The translations under genes and the position numbers were made by a program. From NCBI GenBank assembly GCA_025558095.1, contig JAIVFI010000029.1:248001-312000 (forward strand): a stretch of 64,000 bases of DNA. Direction: 5' to 3'. Origin of the DNA: Hyaloraphidium curvatum SAG 235-1 (taxonomy: Eukaryota > Fungi > Monoblepharomycota). Position 1 is the stretch's first letter; each line of letters starts with the position of its first letter. The notes beneath the pieces were generated by a model that had not been told where the DNA came from, did no database searches, and was given only the letters and a program-made list of their open reading frames with translations. Shown here piece after piece: positions 24,436 through 34,902 of the stretch.

Positions 24436-27221
24436 ATGAGGAAGAAGCGGAAAATCGGCAAGCGGGCGCCGCTTCCGAAACGTTCGAAGCCTTCTAGCGG
24501 CGCTGCGGAACCGGAGGAAGATGTGGAGCTGTCTGGCGACGACCTCGAGTTCCTCGCCGAGTACGGCTCCGGTGCCGGCTTCCTGAACTCGATATCAAAG
24601 ACGGACCTGGAGAAACCGCTTCCAAAGAAGAAGCTATCGGCGCCGAGGCGAGTCCCCGAGGACTCGGACTCTGCTTCGGCTGCATCGGACGAAGAAGCTG
24701 CTTCGGAGCTCGAGAACGGCGAAAGCGATATTGCGTCGGACTCCGAAGGTGCTGCGCCGTCGAACGATGCCGTCGAAGAAAACAAGATATCTGCCAGTGT
24801 GGTGTCGTCGGAAGATGACGAGGTTCCCGAGCCGCGGAAGCGCCGCAAGGCTCCCCCGGACGACGATCAAGAGCGCGACTTTGAAAAGCTGCCTCGCGCC
24901 GCGTTTCGGCCAAAGAACCTTTCGAATAGGCTGCCGATTAAGCTGGCCGACGGTTCCATTGCGTATCAAAACGAACCGGTGCCGGTGGAGCAGATCCCGT
25001 CGGCCACTGTCGAAGAGCCATCGGAAACGGACAGCGAGCCTGGCGGTGCGACAGCAGACATCGGAGCTGCGTCAATCGACGTGGAAGGTGCCGACAGTGA
25101 CGAGGATGTCGACGATCCCGAGGTAGCATTCGCGACGAAGAAGGAAAAGCTCGCTCGCCTTGCCTCTGGGATCCTGGAGGATCCGGAGGGCAAGGTGGCC
25201 TCGCTCAAGGCCCTGCTTTCGCTCACATCCTCGCCGGATGGCCGGATCAAGAGGCTTGGGATGCTCACGCAGCTTGCCGTTTATCGGGATATTGTGCCTG
25301 GGTACCGGATCCGACCCCGAACGGAAGCCGAAAAGCAGATCAAGCTGAGCAAGGAGGTCAAGAAGCGGCAGAACTTTGAGGAGTCTATCGTGTCGTCCTA
25401 CCAGTCGTATGTCCAGCTGCTCGAGAAGACCGCCAAAGGTATGTTGCGATCGCCCTACGAGATGGGCAGCTGCAACGGAGACAAGATGAGACACAGGGAG
25501 AATGACGCGGCGAATGCCTCAACTCCCCTAGGGGGATGGCACGCCGGACTGATTTCATTCAAATTGTTCCTTCTGATCTCTCGGCATCGATTTGTGTTGC
25601 AGGGACGAAGTGCGCGGGAATAGTTGCTAACGCGGACCGCCCGCCACAGCCTTCTGTTCCCTGACTCGGCAAGACATCTCACAGCTGAACCCCAACACTT
25701 TGGCCGACTTGAAGGAATCCGCCGTGGTGGCGGTGCGATGCCAGACTGCGCTCCTCATTTCTCTGCCGCACTTTAATTACCGTTCGGAGCTCCTTCATTC
25801 CGTCGTTGCCCGCATGGCCAGGGAGGACGGGACTTCAATTGGTGCCTCTTCTTGCGCCGCGATAGTGCAGCTGTTCGAGAATGACGTGTCTGGGGAAGTG
25901 TCGCTAGAGGCGGTGAAGGCCATCGCAAAGATGGTCAAGGAACGGCACTTCCGTGTGGGCAGGCGGGTTTTGGACACCTTTCTGCACCTGAAGCTGGACG
26001 CGGCGCGCCGAAAGGGCGAAAAGGACGATTCGGTGGCCGAAAAGAAGCCGGCGTCCAAGCCGAAGGTGCATGTTTCCAAGTTCCAGCGCAAGATGGCGAA
26101 GCAGCAGAAGGAGGTTGAGCGCACTCTGAAGGAGGCGGAAGCAGAGGTCAGCATGGAAGAGAAAGCAAAGCAGCAGACGGAAACCCTTAAGCACGTTTTC
26201 CTGGCGTACTTTCGAGTGCTGCGGGCGTGCCGAGATCGCAAAATCGCCTTCTGGACAGATACTTTGGGGATGGATTTGGTGCTTTCTACCCTCGACGGGC
26301 TTTCCCGATACACCCACATGATCGACGTGGACTTTTTCACCGATCTGCTCGGCACGCTTAAGGACATGGCGGCCCGGGCGACGGAGATTCTGCGGAGTGG
26401 GGACCAGGAAGTGACGCAGACGGCCAATCAACGACGAGCGGCGCTGCTGGTGTCGATTCGAGCCTGCGTGGCCGCGATCCAGATCCTCGGCGGGCAGGGT
26501 GAGGCACTCAACATTGATCTCAAGGACTTTGCCGACACCCTGTACGGTGCGATTTGCGACGTTTGCTTCGTCTCGAGACGTGGCGATGGTTCCGGGGGGA
26601 ATCAGGACGATCCGCTCGTGCTGCTTCTGCGGGGACTGGAGCTATTCCTCTTGAAGCGCAAGGAGCCGGCTCTCGACCGCGTCGCTGCGTTCGGAAAGCG
26701 TGTGCTGACGGCATCGCTTCAACTTGACGAGCAAGGTGCTGCCGCTTGCCTAGCTTTTGTGCGCTCGTTGCTGGTGGTGAGTGACATCCTTCTTTCCGCG
26801 GCGCAGCGTCTAACAGGCGACTTTTCAGAGATACCCTAAGCTGGCCAGCATGATGGAGCCGGACGACAAAGTGGCAGGCCAGGGGGTATATTTGCCCGAG
26901 ATTCCCGACCCCGACATTGCACACGGTCTGTCATCGACCTTTTGGGAGCTCGCGCTGCATCACAAGAGCTTCCACCCGGCCGTCGGCGCCCCTGTGGCCG
27001 CTGTTTCGGACGCCGTAAGCAGCCACAAGGCTAAGTCCGGGCCGGCCGCCTGGGCGTCGGACCCCAGTTCGTTCTTGACGAAGCCCCTTCATTCCGATAC
27101 CGGAAGCTTCGACCCCCCTGCCTTCCCGAAGCAAAGGTGGCGCGAGGCAGGACCCGTGACGGCCGGAACCCTGGACGATAGTGCCTTTGTTCGCAGTCTC
27201 GAGGTGTTGCTCGCCCAGTAG
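24436..27221 (+). CDS. NOC3: Nucleolar complex protein Noc3 (CBF/Mak21 family); alternative in-frame ATG at 24370
   Basis: RLPIK, VYRDIVPGYRIR, PHFNYR, GVYLPEIPDP, FWELAL; introns 25439-25649 and about 26777-26829. Confidence 0.92.
25496..25582 (+). ncRNA. Intronic box C/D snoRNA, predicted guide for 18S rRNA (snR41/U62-like site)
   Basis: Terminal stem GGGAGA/TCTCTC flanks a box C variant ATGACG (25502) and box D CTGA (25573); AATTGTTCCT upstream of box D is antisense to conserved 18S AGGAACAAUU. Confidence 0.7.
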
Positions 27222-27245
27222 ATGGCCAATCCCGCAAGCATCCGT

Positions 27246-27446
27246 CTAGACTTTGCTAGCATTGGCCGGCTCCTCGGCTTCGGGCTCGTCGTCCGCCGCG
27301 TCCTCCAAAGGGACGAAGCTCGCCGCGCTCTTTGAGCCGCTGACGTGACGCCGGAAGCCGCGCTTCTTCTTGCCGCAAAAGAAATATGCTCCCGCGAGAA
27401 TGGCGACGACAATCAACGCGATTACGGCGTAGGCCCCCGTGCTCAT
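27246..27446 (-). CDS. Small single-pass membrane protein (66 aa)
   Basis: MSTGAYAVIALIVVAILAGAYFFC TM segment, then a basic stop-transfer KKKR and FVPLED acidic tail. Confidence 0.6.
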   Translation of the reverse strand: MSTGAYAVIALIVVAILAGAYFFCGKKKRGFRRHVSGSKSAASFVPLEDAADDEPEAEEPANASKV

Positions 27447-27777
27447 TGTCCGATTCAAGAAGGGGAGTGAGATGGGTCCGGAGCTCGTGTCGGGGAATAG
27501 AGGGGTGTAGAGACACCACGCTTCCCGAACACAAAAACTGAGGCAAAAGGGCGCGTCTGCGTCCTCTCGAACGCCTCCGACCTGAGCTAGAGGCCGGTGG
27601 CAAGGGGGGGTTCGTGCGCACGTGGCCAACGGCAAAACGATCGTCAACACAGGGTGGAGACGCTCTGTGGAGACGCTGGCGGGAATCACGCGTCACCTCT
27701 CAACTCGAGGGCTTGCAGAGCTCCGAAAACGCACGTCCGGGACCTCTTTTGCGCTTCCGTTGCGCGGATTCGGCAAT

Positions 27778-29090
27778 ATGGCCGAAACCCCGGACGGCCT
27801 CTACGGCATGCCGCCGTCTGCATTCGAGGCTCTGAACTCCATGTACGCCGACAACCTGGCCGACAAGTGAGGAAACTATTCGATGCTCGATTCGCCTTGC
27901 TCAGTCCCGTTCCCAGGCTTAAGCCATTGGAAAGCTCCGTGGACGCTGCGGTGCCTCCCACGCAGCCCTTTGTGATCCGTCTCGACGGTGTAGCTTTCTC
28001 TACCTTCACCAAAGGACTGCCGCGGCCATTCGACCCGAGGCTGACCGAAGCCATGGTCTCCACGACTGTCGATCTGCTGACAAAGTTCAGCGCCACGCTT
28101 GCGTACACTCAGAGCGACGAAATCAGCCTCGTCTTTCCGGCACAGATGGGGCCGTTCACGCCGTCTGACCTGCAGCAACGGGACGAGATGAAGGCAAAGG
28201 GTCGTCGTGGCGTCAAGCGCAAGGCCGCGGGCGACGACGGCAAGGAAGAGGAGGGAGCGATGGAGACTGACTCTGCGACAGCCGCGGGTCCCGGGGATTT
28301 GGCCGCGGATGCAGGTGCAGCCAATGGATCCACAGCACCTGGTGGGGAGCAGCAGACAAAGCGAGTTGAAGTGCAGCGGACCCACCCCTACAACGGACGG
28401 GTCCAAAAGCTTGCGAGCTGCACCGCTTCGTACGCTTCGGCCAGGTTGAACTACTATCTGCAGAAGAAGGACTGGTCGCATTTGGATCCTGCATCGCAGG
28501 CGCGGATGGTTTCCGCGACGGCCTACTTTGACGGTCGCGTCGTTCCCTGCCCGACGCCTTCGGACTGCGCCGACTGCATATTTTGGAGGTCCAACTTCGA
28601 CGGCTTCCGTAATGCCATTGGCCAGGTCGCCCGGGCGTACCTGTCGAACATTCCGCGGTCCACCGCCGGACAGAAGGACGCTCAGACGAAGCTGCACGGC
28701 CGGGGATCTCGGGAGATGCTCGGACTGCTCTGGAACCAGGCCAAGCTGCGCGTGTTTGGGGAAGGAGCCGTCGTACCGCCCCGGTTCTTGTTCGGCACGT
28801 GGATCAAGAAGGAGAGGTACGAACTGCAAGGGTGCGTGAACCCCAAGACGGGGAAACCTGTCGAAGGACCGGTCTGGAGAACGCGCGTCCGGATTGGCAG
28901 CTTCAACTGGGCCGATTGGAGCGAGCAGGAAAGGGCCGAGTTTGCGATGTGTGAGTGCTTCAGATGTCCGCTGTGTGCCGTTTAGATGACGTCGATCGCA
29001 GCGAAGTTCTGGCCCGGCGGTCCCCGTGCACCTCCAAGGGATCCTTTGGAGGGTTCGGACGTCGAAGCGGACGCTGTTGCAGCCGATTGA
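27778..29090 (+). CDS. Thg1-like protein (TLP), 3'-5' nucleotidyltransferase; possible CUG-initiated long isoform from 27676
   Basis: IRLDG, PFD, YTQSDEISL, YNGRVQKLAS, FDGR motifs; introns 27867-27916 and about 28950-29001. Confidence 0.9.
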
Positions 29091-29111
29091 CAAATGCATA
29101 TATTCGGCCTT

Positions 29112-30941
29112 TCAGGGGGTGAAGCTCATGTATCGTAGCAAGTCAATCTTGGTGACGACGTGCACCACGCGATCGCCCTCTGTCATGACCATTCCGCTCG
29201 AGTGCTTCTCGAAGAAGGACTCCAGCGTCTCTAGCCGTGTCTCTGGCGTGATATCCACGAAAGCGTTGCCCGACCTCTGGAACCGGAACATCACGGAACC
29301 AGCTTTGTCATCTAGGCCGGCCAGCTTGCGCTGGACCTTCGAGAGAATGTTGCCTGGCGGATGGGATGCTCAGATCGGCAGCCAGGCGATCTAGCGAAAG
29401 CAACGTACCAAGTGTGATGAGTCCCACGACCTTGCCGCTGTCCTTGACCACAGGCAGCTGGTCGAAGCCCCCCTTCTCGCATATCGAGACGCACTCCCGC
29501 AGAGGCGTCGATTCCGTGACGGTGACGGCCTGAGGCAGACCCAGATCTTTGACCTTGGCCTCCGACCACGGCACGACAGTCTTGACCGGAGATGCCTGCG
29601 GCACGCTCCCTCGGCGCACCACTGGCGTGTCCATGAAACCGTTCGCCATCATCCATTCGTCGCTGAGGAGCGTGCATCAGCACAATGCCGCTTCGCTCGA
29701 CGGCGGACGAACCTCAGGAACTTTGTCATGTAGTTGCGCACCGAGTCTGGGAGAAGAACCACGCAAACCTGATCCTCAGAGAGCGATTTCGCTGTCCGCA
29801 GAGCGCCAACCATAGCCGTCCCGGAAGATCCACCTCAGGTGGGTAACAGTCAACCTCACCAACGTGGGCTTGCAAACGGCGAGCACACGTACCGACCAAC
29901 AGGCCTTCTTCACGGATCAGGCGCCGCGCCATCACGAAAGCCTCTTTGTCATCCGTCTTGACCCACTCGTCGACCCACTGCCGCTCGAGCACGTCTGGAA
30001 CAAAGTCGTATCCGATACCCTCGATCTTGTAGCTGTGTATGCCCTCCTTGTTCAGCGACTCCGGCAGCGCGAGGATAGAGCCGTTGGGATCCACGCCGAC
30101 GATCTTGACGTTCGGGATCTTCTCCTTGAGCTTCTTTCCGACGCCGGCAATGGTGCCACCGGTGCCGGCGCCGGCGACAAACATGTCCACCTTTCCGCCC
30201 GTGGCTTTCAAAATCTCCTCGGCCGTCCCATCATAGTGCGCAAGCGGGTTGTAGATATTGCTGTACTGGTCCGCTGGCGAGCAAATCGGGCTTCAGACGA
30301 TGACGAACTGCGAGCACACGCATCTCACGGATCCACGAGTCGGGTATTTCCTTGTTGAGGCGGCGCGCGACCCCGATATGGCTCTCGGGAGCATCCCAAG
30401 CTGCTTCGGTAGGCGTCCGGATGATTTCCGCACCGAGGCCCTTCAGCACATCGACCTTCTCCTTGGACATCTTCTCAGGAAGAGTAATGATGGTTCTGTA
30501 GCCCTTTACTGCGCCGGCGAGGGCCAGGCCGATGCCTTCGGGTGGTAGAGATGCCGGTAAGTAAAGTGAAGAAAGTGGGACCCGTCGCAGGCACCTGTGT
30601 TGCCCGAGGTGGGCTCGATGAGAGTGGTGACTCCCGGCTTGATCTTTCCGGCCTTCTCCGCCTCCTCCACCATGCGCCTGCCTATACGGTCCTTGACGCT
30701 TCCCCCCGCATTCATGAACTCGCACTTGACGTCTGGGGCAAAGGTCCGTCAGTCCTGGTGGAGGGAGGACCCCGCAGGAGGCCTCTAGACACCAACAGAC
30801 TTGGCATTTTATGCCTTCAGACTGAGGAATCCTGTTCAGGCGCACCAGAGGCGTGCCGCCAATGGCCTCCAGGATGGTGTCCAGGACGCGCCCCGTCCTT
30901 GGGCAGGCCGATGCCTCGGAATGCGCCCCGTTTGTCGCCAT
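29112..30941 (-). CDS. CYS4: Cystathionine beta-synthase
   Basis: [11 protein letters not shown] lysine, [28 protein letters not shown]-terminal CBS pair ([14 protein letters not shown]); 6 introns. Confidence 0.96.
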
Positions 30942-31307
30942 TTGGCGCTAGCAGGCTCCCAAATGCGACCTCTGATTCAGATGAATGTAACGGGCGCTCC
31001 CCTCCCTCTTGGTGTGGCGGGCCGGTCGCGGAGTCTCCGCGCGGTAGGTCTGCCCTGCAGTCGTCACACCTGAACGCGCACATCCCACGCCGCCGTTAAC
31101 GGCCCGTGTTGCGAGAAGCACTTCGCTTAGCAGCACCTCGGAGCCCGTGGTGGCTCGTGCCACGGAGGGAACGGCGCGGGGTATCTCCCATCCGTGCCTA
31201 GTCGTTCTCGAACCGCGAAGCTGCGCATCGGCCACTACCGACCGTGCAACCTGCTCGTCGGCACTCTATTGTCGTTGCTCTGCCACGATTCGTCATAATC
31301 TGGGAAA

Positions 31308-32598
31308 ATGAGCGGCAACCTGGACCAGTGGCTCGCGACCATCCGGAAGGGCCAGTACCTTCCCGAGCAGGACATGAAGCGCCTGTGTGAAATGGTCAAG
31401 GCGGGTGTCCTGAAGCCAACGGCAGCACTGCGCGGCTCCTAATACGTTCGCGCCGCGATTCGTTCCTTGTCCGCCCTCGGACCACGTTGTCAACACCGGC
31501 ATTGCGGACAACAGGAGATCCTCATCGAGGAATCGAACGTGCATTACGTGTACTCGCCCGTCACTGTCTGCGGCGATGTCCACGGGCAGTTCCACGACGT
31601 CGTTGAGCTCTTCCGGGTCGGGGGTGAGGTGCCGGACACCAGCTACATCTTCATGGTAAGTCGGCTGCTTGGCAAGTAGGATGAGATGCTGACGTACGTG
31701 GTCGCCGCGTCTAGGGAGACTTCGTCGATCGCGGGTACTACAGCTTGGAGACCTTGACTCTTCTCATGGTCTTGAAGGCCCGGTATCCGGACAAGATGAC
31801 GCTGTTGCGTGGTAACCACGAGAGCAGGCAGATCACCCAGGTCTATGGCTTCTACGGTAAGCTTTCGAAAGCCGGATGTCCTTTCAAGCGTGACGGACGG
31901 ATGGTCCACCGCAGATGAGTGCCAGAACAAGTACGGCAACGCAAATGTCTGGAAGTACTGCTGCTCGGTTTTCGACTACCTGGCTCTCGCCGCGGTACGT
32001 GCGGGCGACGGTTGCGCTTTGTTGCAGGCCCTCAATGCCGCGCGTGTTCGCAGGTGATCGACGGCAAGATCTTGTGCGTCCACGGAGGCCTGTCTCCCGA
32101 CGTCCGCACACTGGATCAGGTCCGTACCATCCAGAGATGCCAGGAGATTCCGCACGACGGGGCTTTCTGCGACCTCATGTGGTCGGATCCCGAGGACATC
32201 GAGAGTGGAACCTGGGCCACGAGTCCGAGGGGTGCCGGTTGGCTGTTCGGCAACAAAGTCACTTCTGAGGTCGGTGTTCGCGGCAAGAGGCCGAGACAGT
32301 TCGAAATCTTACCTCTTCTGCCGCCCGCGTTCAGTTCAATCATGTGAACGATCTAAAGCTCATTGCTCGGGCGCACCAGCTGGTCCAAGAAGGGTTCAAG
32401 TTCATGTTCGATGAGTCGAACTTGGTCACTGTGTGGTCTGCGCCGAACTACTGCTATCGCTGCGGGAACGTTGCCAGTATCTTGCGGGTCGAGGAAGATC
32501 TCGAGATAAAGGATTCCAGCTTCCGCATCTTCTCTGCGGTGCCTGACAACGATCGTGCCCTGCCGCCACAGCGGGCATCGACGGCCTATTTTCTGTAA
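31308..32598 (+). CDS. SIT4: PP6/Sit4 Ser/Thr phosphatase catalytic subunit
   Basis: [40 protein letters not shown]-terminal YFL; 5 introns, the first GC-AG. Confidence 0.93.
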
Positions 32599-32700
32599 AT
32601 GGCGATCCACGTCTCTCTGGCACGGTGCACGCGGCGGTCCTTGTTTGTATATGCTCTGTCTACGGTGTAAAGAAGGAAATGAAGTTGTTGATTCCATGCG

Positions 32701-34791
32701 TCACACTTTCTTTGCGCCGGTGGGAACGAAGTTCTCTGCAAACAGAGCGTCCAGGTACTTTGTCATTGGGGTGATTATTGTTGTCGTGTTGGAAGGGTCG
32801 GCGAGGGGAACGACGGATTCACCGGCAGACAGAGTGGAAGCTCGGCGGATGAGCGCTCTCATTTGGCTTTCGTTCATCGGATAGCTGCTTGTTGCCCAGC
32901 TAGATACAAATGCTTAGACGACCGCGGATCAACAACGGACGGTACGCACGATGACTTCTTGATCCCTAGAGCATCGGGCCGTTGAGCTGGCTCCCAGTTG
33001 AGAACACCTGGGCAGCGAGACGGTAAGCAAAGACTGCAGGAGTGCATGGCCACATGTACCTTGTGCAAGCGCAGTGGCAGAAAAGCCGTGGATGCGCTCT
33101 AGTTGCGCAAACAAGGGCTCCAGGGAGCTTGGGCCTGCGGCGGCGTCTTCGGGCAGGATGCCGAGGAGCATATACATCCTGCGCGCGCATTAGCACAGCA
33201 CACGCATTAGGCGACGAGTGCTTACAGCGTAATCCCGCTCGCCCAGATGTCGGCCTTGACGGCGGAGAACCTCGTTCCCACAACGAGAGTCTCGGGAGCC
33301 ATGAAGTGGTACGTGCCACCGTAGCTGCCGGTCAGGAGATCTCCTGCTGCGAACAAGGAGTATTCCTGCATGGGATGGCAAGATCGGTAATCGGTCACCG
33401 TGCCGGCTTTATCCCGAGTGAAAACACACCTCCGCGACCCCAAAGTCTGCGATCTTGAGAACGCCATTTAAAGTGATGAGGAGATTCGGTGGCTTGATGT
33501 CGCGATCTGTGCGGACAGTGAGCGTCACCGGCCATCGAAATCGCTCTGAAACCGACGGGCTATGTGTCGCGAGTGGAGATAATCCAGACCCTCGACAAGT
33601 TGAAGGTAGAAGCTGCGAGGTGAAGAGTTCCAGCAAAGGCGGAGAAGTACGCCGTGCGACCCACTGGTGAGCCAGCTCTACGGGGATGTTCTGGAGCTCG
33701 TCGAGATCAAGAAGATCCTGAACAGAACAGGAGCACAGTTCTTGGACGATGTACCACTTCTGAATGCGGATGGTCTGCGGCGATCCGATCTCCCCGGGAA
33801 CGTCGAGCATGACTGGTGCCTGCTCAATTTCCTCGTACCAATCGAAAAGCGCTGTACCCTCTTTCTCCGTCTCGACTTTGCAGAACACGTCGAGAAGGCG
33901 GACGACATTTCTGTGCCTCAGCTTCCTTATCATCTTGATCTCCCTAGGAAAGGACAAGGCAAGTTACGCAGTGCCCGGCTGGCAGCAGTTCAAAAGAGAC
34001 CTTATCGTGCTGGCCAATGCGTCCGGCATGTGCTTCAGGCGCTGGCGCTTCACGACCTTGACCGCGACCCGTTCGAGCGTCTCGGCGTTGATGCCTTCCT
34101 TGACCTTCCCGAACGACCCTTCCCCAATCTTGTCCCCGAGGACGTACGGGCCCATGACCTTGACAGGCGGTACCTCCATCGTCTCAAGTAGCTGGAGACT
34201 GTCCAGCTTCTGAATAAAGGCCGAGGAATGGCGGTGATGTGCACCCCGCGAAAGGTAGTCCAGGTAGCGTTCTCCCGTGTCCTCCGGAGCCGCCCGTATG
34301 CTGTACGTCGAGGAAAAGTCATTGGCCAGAGGCTGCACTTCCTCGTCGCCGGCAAAGAACGAGAACATTGACGAACGGGGTCCAGCTTCGTCCTTGGAGG
34401 GCGGCCGACCCGTGTCAGGACCTTCGCAGGCAACGCAACGGCACGGTCCTCCAACCGAGATGGACATCGAACCGAGGTCCAAGGAATGCGCAGCGTTGCG
34501 GTTCGTCTCCAGCGCCGTAGACCGACCGCGCCGCACGAGCGACTCCCGCAGCGACAGCGCCCCGCGGAGCCTTCCACCGGAGGCGTGGCGGCGAATCTCC
34601 ACGGCAGCAAATGAGACTCCAAGCGGTCCCTCGGTAGAAACATCGATTTGGCTTCCCAGAGAGCGGAAGGCCAGCTTTCGAGGCCCCGGCGGTAGGAGCG
34701 CTTCCTTGCCGAGAATGCCGCTTCCTTTGTAGCCGACCACGGAAACGCGCTTTCGCACACGGCGGCTGCCCTCGGGCGTGAGCTGGGACAT
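32701..34791 (-). CDS. STK11: LKB1/STK11-like Ser/Thr kinase (start uncertain)
   Basis: FIQKLDS..KVMGPYVLGDKIGEGSFGKVKEGINAETLERVAVKVVKRQRLKHMP..EIKMIRKLRHRNVV, DIKPPNLL, ADFGVAE; parallels human LKB1 [28 protein letters not shown]. Confidence 0.8.
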
Positions 34792-34902
34792 TGCGGCGGC
34801 TCTCCTGGGCGCTGAGCCAGGCCGAGATTCGGGGGTTGATGGAGACGAGGACGGGCCGGCCCAATCGTCAGCAGTCAAGCATCCCAACGCCCCGAGCCAG
34901 TC

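Noticed and set aside
30880-30941. Heme-binding N-terminus on CBS
   Set aside because: The N-terminus is too short and lacks the animal Cys...His ligand spacing.
30960-31300. Riboswitch in the CYS4 leader
   Set aside because: Only generic GC hairpins and a possible 5' UTR intron; no TPP or SAM consensus.
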